From IMG/VR virus record IMGVR_UViG_3300030098_004740, positions 28,626 to 92,625 of that record: DNA of 64,000 nt; one strand, 5' to 3'. This document shows, piece after piece, positions 41,027 through 50,135 of the stretch; position 1 is the stretch's first letter, and every line of letters starts with the position of its first letter. Made by a program: the position numbers and the translations under genes. The notes below the pieces were generated by a model. That model saw only the letters and a program-made list of their open reading frames with translations. It did no database searches and was not told the DNA's origin. This DNA comes from a virus.

Positions 41027-41763
41027 CCCCATCCTTTCATTACTTCCATGAGAGCCATGTTAGTTTGATCAATATTCATATCAGCGTTATGAATAACATA
41101 ATCAAACTCGTCGTATCCATCCAAAGCTGTTTCGCTATCGTGTTCATCTTCGTGAGGCTTTCTAGTAAGTCTAATAACTTTGCCGCCAGCCTTCTGAATA
41201 GACTCTACCTCGTTTGGAAACCTAACATCGGGAACAATCGCTAATTGTGTTCCGCTAGATAGGATTCTATTTATGCAAGCGCTAGTCCAAATATCAGGCT
41301 TGATGCCTCTACAAACGTCTGTACCGAAGTGTTGCAAAAATTCTCTTGCTGTCATGAAGCCACTAGCATTTATTATATTCGGCATGTTCTCCCACTTTAT
41401 ATTAATGGGGGTATTCTTATCTTCGTCTGTTCCGTAGCATTGCTCTTCTGTTAATCCAAACAGTTGTATTGCGATTGACTTCAAAGGATCTGCAAAGCTA
41501 AACGATCTAACAAAAGGCCATATGTTTCTAGAGGCGTACTCTAAAAACTCTTCGTCTTGACGATTTACATCTAGCATACCAAGACCTTCGATCTCTTGAC
41601 CATTTTCATCAATTTCAGTTGCATTTACGAATAAGTTTCCTTTTTCATCCATTAGAAACTTTTCAAACACATCATTGAATCTAAGTTGGTATCCATGCAA
41701 GAAAGTTGCACAGGTACTTTTCCCACTTTGTTTAGCTCCAGAAAATCCAATTATATTAGTCAT
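41005..41763 (-). CDS. Deoxynucleoside monophosphate kinase (T4 gp1-like)
   Basis: GAKQSGKST, SFADPLK, REFLQHFGTD, DVRFPNE, HDSE. Confidence 0.88.
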   Translation of the reverse strand: MTNIIGFSGAKQSGKSTCATFLHGYQLRFNDVFEKFLMDEKGNLFVNATEIDENGQEIEGLGMLDVNRQDEEFLEYASRNIWPFVRSFSFADPLKSIAIQLFGLTEEQCYGTDEDKNTPINIKWENMPNIINASGFMTAREFLQHFGTDVCRGIKPDIWTSACINRILSSGTQLAIVPDVRFPNEVESIQKAGGKVIRLTRKPHEDEHDSETALDGYDEFDYVIHNADMNIDQTNMALMEVMKGWGWLTTKS

Positions 41764-42889
41764 TAGTATAGCCTTTAAGTTGTGGTTTCAAATGCTCGTT
41801 TATTTCTTCAATAGACATCTCGCCAACATCGTTAGCAGGTATATCTATATCTATAATATTAAACAAGTTGCTGCATTTTTTCCTAATTTTTTCTTTGGCA
41901 TTTTGTCCAGCCCCATCGCTATCAGTCAAAACAACCAAATTTAAAATGTTCATATTTTTTAGTAGCTCAATTTGTACGTCAGATAAACTAGCACCAAACA
42001 TTCCAACTACATTTTTTATTCCAGACTCCCAAAGTCTCCAAACATCTCCTTGACCTTCAACTAATATGGCAGTACCACATGATTTTATAAAGTCTTTGGA
42101 TTTGTTTAGAGCATAAAGCCATATGTTTTTTGAAAAACCTTTACTGTTTTTCCATTTCATATTGCTGTTTTCTATCATTGACCTACCAACACATCCAACA
42201 AGCACCTCGTGTTCTTCATCGTAAACCGGAACGACAACCCTATTACTCATTGGTTTACCAGCATCTAAACAAACGCCAACATCAAATTCATTTAAAACTT
42301 CTTCAGTAAAACCACGCCTCAAATAATAGTTAGGAGGCATGTGAAGCCTACCTCTAACTTTGTCTCTAGTATTATTTTTACTAGTGACTTTGACTTCTTC
42401 TCTTTTGTTTAATCCAAACTCTAGAGCAGAAGGACCATCTTTGAAAGTTACATTTTTAGCTTCTTCAAGAACTCTACTTCCATTAATTCCAAAAAAGTTA
42501 GTACAGAATTCAATTACTTCATGAAACTTGACAATAGAATCTTGATCAATTTCTCCAGATTCTCTAGCATCTCTCGTAAGTAAGGCTCTGACAAGACCAA
42601 TAGGGGTATTGATAAATTCAGACATACAGGTTTCTCCATAACTTTCAGACCAACATTTCCATCTTCCATAGTATGGATGGTCAGGTTCTAAGTTAATGGA
42701 AAACCCCATAGGGTTGTTACCTCTATGAATTGGACATGGGCATGAGCCAAGACCCACCTCCATTCTAGTCCCAAAGTGTTCAAGCACTCGGTATATATTG
42801 TTGATAATTAAATCATCATACACCTTGAGTTGTTTAGATCGTTCTTGTTTATCTTTGGACAAACTGAAGCTCATCAAAGTTTCTTTCAT
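41756..42889 (-). CDS. dnaG: DNA primase
   Basis: CPIH zinc finger, NRVVVP, VGR, TOPRIM VEGQGD and DSDGAG. Confidence 0.88.
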   Translation of the reverse strand: MKETLMSFSLSKDKQERSKQLKVYDDLIINNIYRVLEHFGTRMEVGLGSCPCPIHRGNNPMGFSINLEPDHPYYGRWKCWSESYGETCMSEFINTPIGLVRALLTRDARESGEIDQDSIVKFHEVIEFCTNFFGINGSRVLEEAKNVTFKDGPSALEFGLNKREEVKVTSKNNTRDKVRGRLHMPPNYYLRRGFTEEVLNEFDVGVCLDAGKPMSNRVVVPVYDEEHEVLVGCVGRSMIENSNMKWKNSKGFSKNIWLYALNKSKDFIKSCGTAILVEGQGDVWRLWESGIKNVVGMFGASLSDVQIELLKNMNILNLVVLTDSDGAGQNAKEKIRKKCSNLFNIIDIDIPANDVGEMSIEEINEHLKPQLKGYTND

Positions 42890-44376
42890 CAAAATGGTTT
42901 TTCAGGATCAATATCTTCTTCTATCTTGAACTCTTCTTGTTTGTCATCGAGTTCGTTATCGAAGCCTTCTTTTTCTTTTTTATTTGCAAGTATGTATTCT
43001 GATTTGGTGAAGCCTTCGTCAATTCTTCCAAATTCACCATTAAGGTGCATGTTAATGTAATCAAAGTCGTCAGAGAGTCCACCGCCGTGTCTAGCAATCA
43101 AAGGCACTAGTTTACGATTTCCGCTTTCGCCACCGTCTTCGGCTATTTCCTCCTCAGATTTTTTCTTAAAGATCGTTAGACTGCTACAAAACCATGAAAG
43201 TCTATCTGATCCACTAATAACATCTTCAGATTCACGAGTAATTCCATCTCTATTAAGTTGAACGAAAGACAAGCAAGGAACTTTTTCTTTAATTGTAAAG
43301 TTTACGAGCTGCTGCATTTGATAACCCAAAGCTTGAAACTCTTTCATGTCGTTCATTTGAGACGCACTGGTCAACTTCAAGTAGTCATAAATAATTAAAC
43401 ATGGGTTGCTAATTCCATTCTCATCGTACCCAACTTCTTTCTTAATCCATCGTCTCATTATGGATAATGTCTCATCAAAGCTAGTTCCTGCAATAGTGAC
43501 ATACTTGTAAGGAATTTCTTTTAGTTTTTCTACACCTTGTTTTACACGCTCCTGCAAACCACTTGATTTTCCAAATTGACCTGTAGAAATATCATTTATA
43601 GTAACATCGGTCATGCTTGCTAATAGACGGTGAATGTGATCTTCTCTAGACATTTCAGTGTCAAGCATTAGAACTGGTATTCCAAGAGTGCCAGCCACAT
43701 GTAAAGCTACACTATCAGCAAACAAGCTTTTACCAGCCTTTGCTCTAGCAGCTATAAGGTCTACATTACCTCTTCTAAGTCCACCGCCGATGGACTTGTC
43801 GAATCTAGAAAACCCAGTGCTAATACCCATCATCTCTTGTGGGTTATCTATTAATGATTGAATATATTCGTCAATATCTTGACCAATGTCTTCTGGTTCA
43901 TTGTCAACCCTACCTTCAAGTCTAGAACTAAACTCAAAGAAAGGGGTTTCACCTATACTGATGATCTCACTTATGCTTTCGTCACCAGTAACATCTTTAA
44001 TCTTTATCTTGATTTGGGATGCAGTCTTGTCTACTTCTCTGGCTATCTCAAACTTTACAAGAATAGCTGCCTGATGTTTTACGTTGGCTTTTTCAATGTT
44101 TATTGCAGAGAGTTTTTTGTAATAGTCTTTTGGTACTCTTTTCATAAACACAGAATCTAGATCTATTTTCTTCGCTGCCGCATAAAGAGTGGGCAAGTCT
44201 ACTGTGTCAGAGTCTTCAAATAATTTTTTCAGACAACTCCATACAATTTGATTTTCTTCTAAAGTGAAGGACTGTTCGGTTATTGCTCCATCAATATCTA
44301 CAAAAGAATCTTTACCGTGCTGTATCAGTCCTGCTAGTACTGCTTTTTCTGCTGCTTTGTTGTTTAGTTCCGACAT
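42889..44376 (-). CDS. dnaB: Replicative DNA helicase (DnaB family)
   Basis: AEKAVLAG, GISTGF, ARAKAGKS, DTEM, YDYL, QLNR, ARHG. Confidence 0.93.
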   Translation of the reverse strand: MSELNNKAAEKAVLAGLIQHGKDSFVDIDGAITEQSFTLEENQIVWSCLKKLFEDSDTVDLPTLYAAAKKIDLDSVFMKRVPKDYYKKLSAINIEKANVKHQAAILVKFEIAREVDKTASQIKIKIKDVTGDESISEIISIGETPFFEFSSRLEGRVDNEPEDIGQDIDEYIQSLIDNPQEMMGISTGFSRFDKSIGGGLRRGNVDLIAARAKAGKSLFADSVALHVAGTLGIPVLMLDTEMSREDHIHRLLASMTDVTINDISTGQFGKSSGLQERVKQGVEKLKEIPYKYVTIAGTSFDETLSIMRRWIKKEVGYDENGISNPCLIIYDYLKLTSASQMNDMKEFQALGYQMQQLVNFTIKEKVPCLSFVQLNRDGITRESEDVISGSDRLSWFCSSLTIFKKKSEEEIAEDGGESGNRKLVPLIARHGGGLSDDFDYINMHLNGEFGRIDEGFTKSEYILANKKEKEGFDNELDDKQEEFKIEEDIDPEKPF

Positions 44377-44391
44377 ATATTCTCCTTTCCA

Positions 44392-44844
44392 TTAACCTAC
44401 ACATCTACTACAACGATGATAACTACCTGTTTTATACGCTGGATTTATCTCCTCCTTTCTTCCACATGCGTTGCAAATTACTTCAACCATTTTGACAGGA
44501 GGTCTGCGAGGAGTGAGGTTGATGTCAGGCGTATCAAACTCTTCTCCTACAGCCTCTGTTCTGTCATCTACAAATTGATTTTCTCCAACTTGTATTGCTT
44601 CTTTTCTTCCGTATTGCCCAGCGGGAAGACTGTCACGTTTCATTGTGAAGTCTTCTACCTCCGTCCGCACCGACATCTGTGCTGACACCTTGTCGGAGCT
44701 TTTTGGCTCTGCATTTGCTGTTCCTGTTGTTCCAGCTTTTTCTTCTGGTCTAACTTCTTCTCCTGTGAGAAGAGCATACCCTTGAATAACTTTTTCAAAA
44801 TCATTTTCTAGTATTCCATTTTTTATTAGTTCTAGTGGTGACAT
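44392..44844 (-). CDS. Hypothetical protein with C-terminal Zn ribbon
   Basis: CNAC...CSRC. Confidence 0.65.
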   Translation of the reverse strand: MSPLELIKNGILENDFEKVIQGYALLTGEEVRPEEKAGTTGTANAEPKSSDKVSAQMSVRTEVEDFTMKRDSLPAGQYGRKEAIQVGENQFVDDRTEAVGEEFDTPDINLTPRRPPVKMVEVICNACGRKEEINPAYKTGSYHRCSRCVG

Positions 44845-44845
44845 A

Positions 44846-45325
44846 TTATCCCCTACTGTACTTTCTTCTGCTTAGTTCAAGCAGTGTGTCTGCTTGTTTT
44901 CTAATGTCTCTTATAATGTCCAGCGATGAGGCTACGTTACCATCAATCACTCTTTTGACACGCCAAACTTTTTGCACAAAATCGTCTTCCCTAATTACAG
45001 AGTTGACTTTGACTTCCCATTTGGTGTACTTATCGAATTGATTTGAAACTTTTGAAACTGCGTAGTTTATAAATTCTTCGCACCATTTGGCTTTAGCAAC
45101 TTCTTTGTTGTGTTTCTTTTGTAGAAAATTACAGTAGTTGTATATGGCGTATGCTTTTTCACAACATTCTTCTGACGTAAGCGATTTAAGCTCAAAAGCA
45201 GTAAGTGATAATATTTTTTCTACTTCAGAGTTTGGTTCTACATGAATAACATCAGACATGTATGCATCTAGCCTGCCTACAAACTCTTCTAGTCTATCTA
45301 TTGACAATGGATTCTCGCCATTCAT
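44846..45325 (-). CDS. Helical hypothetical protein (possibly UvsY-like recombination mediator)
   Basis: Coiled-coil character; located between recA and the helicase. The function is a guess. Confidence 0.45.
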   Translation of the reverse strand: MNGENPLSIDRLEEFVGRLDAYMSDVIHVEPNSEVEKILSLTAFELKSLTSEECCEKAYAIYNYCNFLQKKHNKEVAKAKWCEEFINYAVSKVSNQFDKYTKWEVKVNSVIREDDFVQKVWRVKRVIDGNVASSLDIIRDIRKQADTLLELSRRKYSRG

Positions 45326-45716
45326 CTTCAGTTCCTGAATAACTTAAAATAATAAGTTCAATATCATTATTCAAAAGCCAGTTAGCTTTATCTCTATCCC
45401 TAGCTTTTGATTTTCTGAAACCTTTTCGATCTCCATGAAAATGAGCGACAAACTCAAAATGTTGTCTCCCATGAACTTCTACCGCCAACGAATGAGACGG
45501 AATAAAGAAGTCAACGTAAAGCGTAGACTTTCTTGAAGGCTTGTGAGAACCAACAAGTGGCACTTCTTCAAGGATTGTATCATAGGGAAACTGCTCACGG
45601 AGTAACTTTCTTGCTAAAATGTGCAACTTACTTCGAGGTCTTGTCTGATCCCCTGAAACTACGCACTTTGACAGGTTCCAATTTCTTTCACGACCATCGA
45701 AACCTACTGCCTTCAA
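45294..45716 (-). CDS. DUF559/Vsr-like endonuclease
   Basis: RSKLH, LYVDFFIP, AVEVHGRQH, RDRDK; probable TTG start overlapping the recA stop. Confidence 0.75.
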   Translation of the reverse strand: MKAVGFDGRERNWNLSKCVVSGDQTRPRSKLHILARKLLREQFPYDTILEEVPLVGSHKPSRKSTLYVDFFIPSHSLAVEVHGRQHFEFVAHFHGDRKGFRKSKARDRDKANWLLNNDIELIILSYSGTEDEWRESIVNR

Positions 45717-46780
45717 AACAACATTTCCTTTAATGAATTTTGCAAAGCAGGCCAAAGGTCGTTTGCGTCGAGAAAATCTCTGAGTTTTTGTTGACCTTGA
45801 AACTTGACCAGTTTCGTAATTTTTTCTTCATCGTCTTTGTCGATTCCTTCAGCCTCCAAAAGTTTTTTGATTGGTTTTGTGTCGTCGATTAAGAAATCGC
45901 ATGTATACCAAGCTCCTGCTGCTGAAATTAAATCAAAGTCATTTGCTTGGTCGAATAACTCTTGTTTGTAATCAATACCTGTTCCATACCGAAGCCATCC
46001 AATGGCTTCAGCTCCTACGAACCCTCCAAGGGCAGAGGTGACTACTTTCCAATGTAAAGCTTGTCCAATTTGCCTTCCGTCACTCTTTTCTTTCCATGCT
46101 TGAATCCAAGCGATTTCCAGTATTGTATCCGCCTGATAACGAACCTTTACACCGCCATCAGCTACTTTCTTTTTGCCCATGCCGCCAGTATTGGCGATGA
46201 AGTGTGTAATCATAATAATGATGGCTCTTTGTTTAGGGACTACACTACTCATCTTCTTGCAAAAGTTGGATAGTATCTTAGGAACTCCCGGTCTATAATC
46301 ACCTCTAACTTCTTCGTCTAGATCCTTCTGTGCTATGAAACTAGATATTGAATCAATAATTACCACGCAATTAGGATGTGATTTTACAATCTTCTCTACA
46401 GCGCCTAAGTATTTCTCTGCGCTAAGAGTTTCTCCTTCAGATTGGACAACAGTAATTTTACTAGCATCAAGACCATGAACTCCTTCAAAGTTCTTGGTGC
46501 TTAATCTACCCTCTACATTTACATAAAAGATAGGTCTTTCGCCATACTCTTCCTTTTGACAATTAGCAGCAAACTGCAAAGCTGTTGTAGTTTTTCCAGA
46601 CTTTGGATCTCCAATCATCTGAATCCAAGTACCTTCTCTAAAACCTCCACCAAGAGCATAGTCTAGAGAAGGGCTAACAGGTATGATCTGCATATCCTGC
46701 AATTCTTCAAAAACGTCAGCTCCGTTTACAAGTATGTTTCCATACTTTTTGGTGATAGTCTTTAATGCTGCATCACTCAT
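45713..46780 (-). CDS. recA: RecA/UvsX-like recombinase
   Basis: SLDYALGGG, GDPKSGKTT, NVEGR, IIDSIS, GG..VRY, GID, GAWY, FQG. Confidence 0.9.
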   Translation of the reverse strand: MSDAALKTITKKYGNILVNGADVFEELQDMQIIPVSPSLDYALGGGFREGTWIQMIGDPKSGKTTTALQFAANCQKEEYGERPIFYVNVEGRLSTKNFEGVHGLDASKITVVQSEGETLSAEKYLGAVEKIVKSHPNCVVIIDSISSFIAQKDLDEEVRGDYRPGVPKILSNFCKKMSSVVPKQRAIIIMITHFIANTGGMGKKKVADGGVKVRYQADTILEIAWIQAWKEKSDGRQIGQALHWKVVTSALGGFVGAEAIGWLRYGTGIDYKQELFDQANDFDLISAAGAWYTCDFLIDDTKPIKKLLEAEGIDKDDEEKITKLVKFQGQQKLRDFLDANDLWPALQNSLKEMLF

Positions 46781-47198
46781 TTTCTAAATCCTTAAATCTA
46801 GACAGTTTGCCTTTTTTTCCAAAGGGTTGTCTTGGTTTTTCTAAAGTGTTGTCTTTATACTCTATCTCTTTTATCTCTCTACTATCTATCTTATCAAGCT
46901 TTTTTTGCTCAGCTTTGATTATAGGTTCTAGAAATTTAACACGAAGAGAGTATATATTTTTGCCTTTGTAAGAATTCAAGGCATTGATGATAGCTTTGTC
47001 GCTATATTTTTTGAGCAGGCCGTAAGCCTTTGTTACTTGGCTTTTGAATTTCTTTTGCCATTTGTCAGTATTCCATAACGCATAAGCAGGTCTACCAACT
47101 CTTTGTTTTTCTGCCTCTCTAAGACAGACCATTTCAGCAATATACTGAGCAGCGTTACATTCCTGCCCCGTTGTTTTGTGCTTGTAATTTTTGTTCAT
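46773..47198 (-). CDS. Basic hypothetical protein
   Basis: ORF tiled between overlapping neighbours. Confidence 0.65.
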   Translation of the reverse strand: MNKNYKHKTTGQECNAAQYIAEMVCLREAEKQRVGRPAYALWNTDKWQKKFKSQVTKAYGLLKKYSDKAIINALNSYKGKNIYSLRVKFLEPIIKAEQKKLDKIDSREIKEIEYKDNTLEKPRQPFGKKGKLSRFKDLENE

Positions 47199-47631
47199 TC
47201 AAAATTCCTTTCTTAGTTATCAAACAGTCAGGAGATTGGTATGGATCTCTCTCCTCAAATCTTTCAGGCACAAGCTCAGGCAATCTCCATGTTTGGACTT
47301 TTAAGCTCTCGCCTTTTAATACACCAATGCTATAAGTATGAATAACATAGTCGCTGAACATCAAAGCTCCAGCACCCTTACAAAAAAAGTAGCCATCGTA
47401 GTCTGACCCAACTTCTTCTATATGAGTACGGTTTCTAACTTTTAAGTTTGTTATATGAAGATTGTTCTCTTCACAATAAGTCTTGAGTCTAACCCAAGCA
47501 CTAGCGGGTTCAACATTCGGTCTATCATCATCCTGATAGATGATCTCTCCATTCGACAAGGTTGCTATCCAAATTGGATTATTATCTGCATAGGCAACAA
47601 TGTAATCGTCAAATTCTTTTGTTAGTTGCAT
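47155..47631 (-). CDS. Hypothetical protein
   Basis: TAATG coupling with the upstream gene. Confidence 0.65.
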   Translation of the reverse strand: MQLTKEFDDYIVAYADNNPIWIATLSNGEIIYQDDDRPNVEPASAWVRLKTYCEENNLHITNLKVRNRTHIEEVGSDYDGYFFCKGAGALMFSDYVIHTYSIGVLKGESLKVQTWRLPELVPERFEERDPYQSPDCLITKKGILNEQKLQAQNNGAGM

Positions 47632-47939
47632 TATTTAATTTTATGAATTGCACTATGATTTATATTTTTAGAAAGCCTTTTGCCTCTAGTTGAATCAGAC
47701 AACTCAGAAGCAGCAGGTGTCATAACTGTAGAACCACGATCATTGTGACCCATAAGACTAGATGCGTCATCAGACTTAGCTTCAGATGTATGCTTTGGTC
47801 TAGGCGAAGCTTTCATATACTTCTTGACAGAAGCTTCAGATCTATTCAAATCTTTTGCAATTTGAGAAATCTCTTTATCAGAGTTGTTTTCTATATAAAA
47901 CTTTTCCACCTTGTTCAGTTTTCCAGTTTTCTTAGACAT
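47631..47939 (-). CDS. HTH-containing protein
   Basis: EKFYIENN...ISQIAKDLNRSEASVKKY. Confidence 0.7.
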   Translation of the reverse strand: MSKKTGKLNKVEKFYIENNSDKEISQIAKDLNRSEASVKKYMKASPRPKHTSEAKSDDASSLMGHNDRGSTVMTPAASELSDSTRGKRLSKNINHSAIHKIK

Positions 47940-48255
47940 TTATCATTCCTCTCTTAGCCCAAGTAAATTGATTTCTCTCTTTATTGGTCAAGTAGTTTAA
48001 GTAGAAATCAAAAGTTTCTTTGCTAACTTTTGAAAACTTTGTGTGAACAGAACTGATCTTATTGGCATCAATTCCTTCTGGATCAAACAGTTCGCTTCTA
48101 TAAACTTTTACATAGTAAAATTCAGAACCCTCTCCAGATAAGATGTAAGCACAAGCGTGTGCCACCTCTTCAGATAGAACTTCTCCATCTTTGCCATAGA
48201 AAGTGTATTCAATATCTTTGTCTCTTATGAACTCAGAAATGTCTTCAGTCATCAT
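47932..48255 (-). CDS. Hypothetical protein
   Basis: Tiled ORF with a GGGG RBS. Confidence 0.65.
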   Translation of the reverse strand: MMTEDISEFIRDKDIEYTFYGKDGEVLSEEVAHACAYILSGEGSEFYYVKVYRSELFDPEGIDANKISSVHTKFSKVSKETFDFYLNYLTNKERNQFTWAKRGMINV

Positions 48256-48532
48256 CGACCCCTTTCAAGGAGATGTAAAATGTTTCTTCTTCTTGCCAAA
48301 CCTCCTCAACAATTAAATCCTCTGGAGGTGCTTGTAAATAATCTCCATGTATATCAATCGTCCAACTTTCGCCATCGCAAAAAGGACATCTGACTATCAG
48401 TGAAATGTTCTTGTTGCCATCTCTAAGTTTCACAAGATTGTATAAATGTTCTTCACAATCAGCACATTGGACTTCAAAATGTTCAATGTCTTCAACCCGT
48501 AAGCTATTGTCCTTATTAATGTCCTCAGACAT
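48245..48532 (-). CDS. Acidic Zn-ribbon protein
   Basis: CADC...CPFC. Confidence 0.65.
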   Translation of the reverse strand: MSEDINKDNSLRVEDIEHFEVQCADCEEHLYNLVKLRDGNKNISLIVRCPFCDGESWTIDIHGDYLQAPPEDLIVEEVWQEEETFYISLKGVDDD

Positions 48533-48891
48533 TACTTCTTGCCTTCTTTAATATATTTGGCCTTCTGAGCTTTAGACATTTTGTTAATGTCTGCTTTTGT
48601 TGCGTCTCCAGACTTTTGCCACCATTCTTTAGGCTTATTCTTTTTAAGATTGCCTTTTTCTTGCTGCGCTCTTTTGTCTTCAAGCTCATATCGTCCCATG
48701 TTTTTGGTATTTGACTCAGCGAGCTGACCAAGAGTTGTTGGCTCACCTTTGACAAATCCCATAGGAACTTGATTAATTACTATCTTGATGTTTGAACTAC
48801 CGCATTGACAAGGTTCTGGAGTTTTACCAAATCCATGAACTTGCTCGAACTCAGAACCGCAATCGTTACATAAATAATCGTAGGTAGGCAT
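48532..48891 (-). CDS. FmdB-family zinc-ribbon protein
   Basis: MPTYDYLCNDCGSEFE...CQCGS. Confidence 0.8.
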   Translation of the reverse strand: MPTYDYLCNDCGSEFEQVHGFGKTPEPCQCGSSNIKIVINQVPMGFVKGEPTTLGQLAESNTKNMGRYELEDKRAQQEKGNLKKNKPKEWWQKSGDATKADINKMSKAQKAKYIKEGKK

Positions 48892-49559
48892 TAATCGTAA
48901 AGCGCGTCTAAAATGCGAGAAATAATCTTGTTTCTAATTATATCATCTTCTGTAAGTTCAGCAATACCAACTCCTTTAACCTCATCAAGACGGTCTAGAA
49001 ATTCTTCAAGACCTCCCTGTTCTTTTGAAATTAAATCTGTTTGGTCAATATCGCCATTGATGACAGCTTTAGAATCCCAACCAATTCTAGTTATAAACAT
49101 TTTTAATTGTTCAAACGTAGCATTTTGGGCTTCATCTAATATTATAAAAGAGTTATGAAAGTTTCGCCCTCTCATATATTCCAAAGGTACTACTTCAATT
49201 TTGCCTTCTTCTCTATATGACTGAACTCTATTACTATTTAATCTGTATTGCATTTCTTCCAATACAGGGACAAGATAAGGATGTATTTTCTCTTCAAAAG
49301 TTCCCGGCAAAAAGCCTAGTCCTCTACCTGACTCAATAACAGGTCTAGTAACAATTATCTTCTCAACTCTTTTATCTAATAAATAATCACAAGCTAATCC
49401 AACTGCTACTGCTGTTTTTCCAGTACCTGCTGGGCCTGTACAAAATGTGACATCATTTTCATTTATGATGTTAATATATTTTGTTTGATTTTCCGTTTTA
49501 GGCTTTAAAGCCTTCCGTCTTGTAGTATATCCTGACTCATTGTTCTTTTTTCTAGTCAT
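48891..49559 (-). CDS. phoH: PhoH-family ATPase
   Basis: GPAGTGKT, TRP, LGFLPG, YMRGR, LDEAQN, TRIG, GDIDQ. Confidence 0.93.
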   Translation of the reverse strand: MTRKKNNESGYTTRRKALKPKTENQTKYINIINENDVTFCTGPAGTGKTAVAVGLACDYLLDKRVEKIIVTRPVIESGRGLGFLPGTFEEKIHPYLVPVLEEMQYRLNSNRVQSYREEGKIEVVPLEYMRGRNFHNSFIILDEAQNATFEQLKMFITRIGWDSKAVINGDIDQTDLISKEQGGLEEFLDRLDEVKGVGIAELTEDDIIRNKIISRILDALYD

Positions 49560-49560
49560 A

Positions 49561-49995
49561 CTACTTACCTGTAGAACCAAACCCTCCATCGCCCCTATTT
49601 GTAGAGTCTAGTTCGTTAACCACATGTTGTATAAAGTTTGGGGCTTCTTGTATTAACATTTGTGCGATTCTATCGCCTCTTTCTATATGATACGGTTCTT
49701 TTGTTGTATTGTGCAGGCAAACTTTTACTTCACCCCTATATCCAGAGTCTATAACGCCTGCATGTCTATGAACTCCTTTGACTCCCATTGAAGACCTATC
49801 CCATATTAGAGCAACATGTTCTTTAGGAATAGCCATAGAAATGCCAGTAGAAACAAGCACGGTAGCTCCAGCAGGTATAGACACTGTCTCAAAAGCGTAT
49901 AAGTCCCAACCAGCATCATTCATATGTCCTTTGCTTGGAAGCTTAGCAGAGTCGTGCAGAAGTTTAACTTCAAAATACTTGTAATCGTAAGTCAC
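49561..49995 (-). CDS. dut: Trimeric dUTPase
   Basis: AGWDL, RSS, GVIDSGYRGE, RIAQ, RGDGGFGSTG; probable GTG start. Confidence 0.95.
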   Translation of the reverse strand: MTYDYKYFEVKLLHDSAKLPSKGHMNDAGWDLYAFETVSIPAGATVLVSTGISMAIPKEHVALIWDRSSMGVKGVHRHAGVIDSGYRGEVKVCLHNTTKEPYHIERGDRIAQMLIQEAPNFIQHVVNELDSTNRGDGGFGSTGK

Positions 49996-50135
49996 TTTTC
50001 TTCCTTCTTTTCGTATTTCCAAATCAAATTGGAAAGAGTGCTTCTAGTAATTTTATTACCAGCTTCTACTTCTTTGTTAAGTCGCTCAGCTAGCCACTTG
50101 AGCATCTCATTATCTATTGTAATATTTCTAAGCAT
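49992..50135 (-). CDS. 47-aa ribbon-helix-helix-like protein (not in the ORF track)
   Basis: My translation: MLRNITIDNEMLKWLAERLNKEVEAGNKITRSTLSNLIWKYEKKEEK*. TAATG overlap with nrdB and GTGA overlap with dut. Confidence 0.6.
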   Translation of the reverse strand: MLRNITIDNEMLKWLAERLNKEVEAGNKITRSTLSNLIWKYEKKEEK

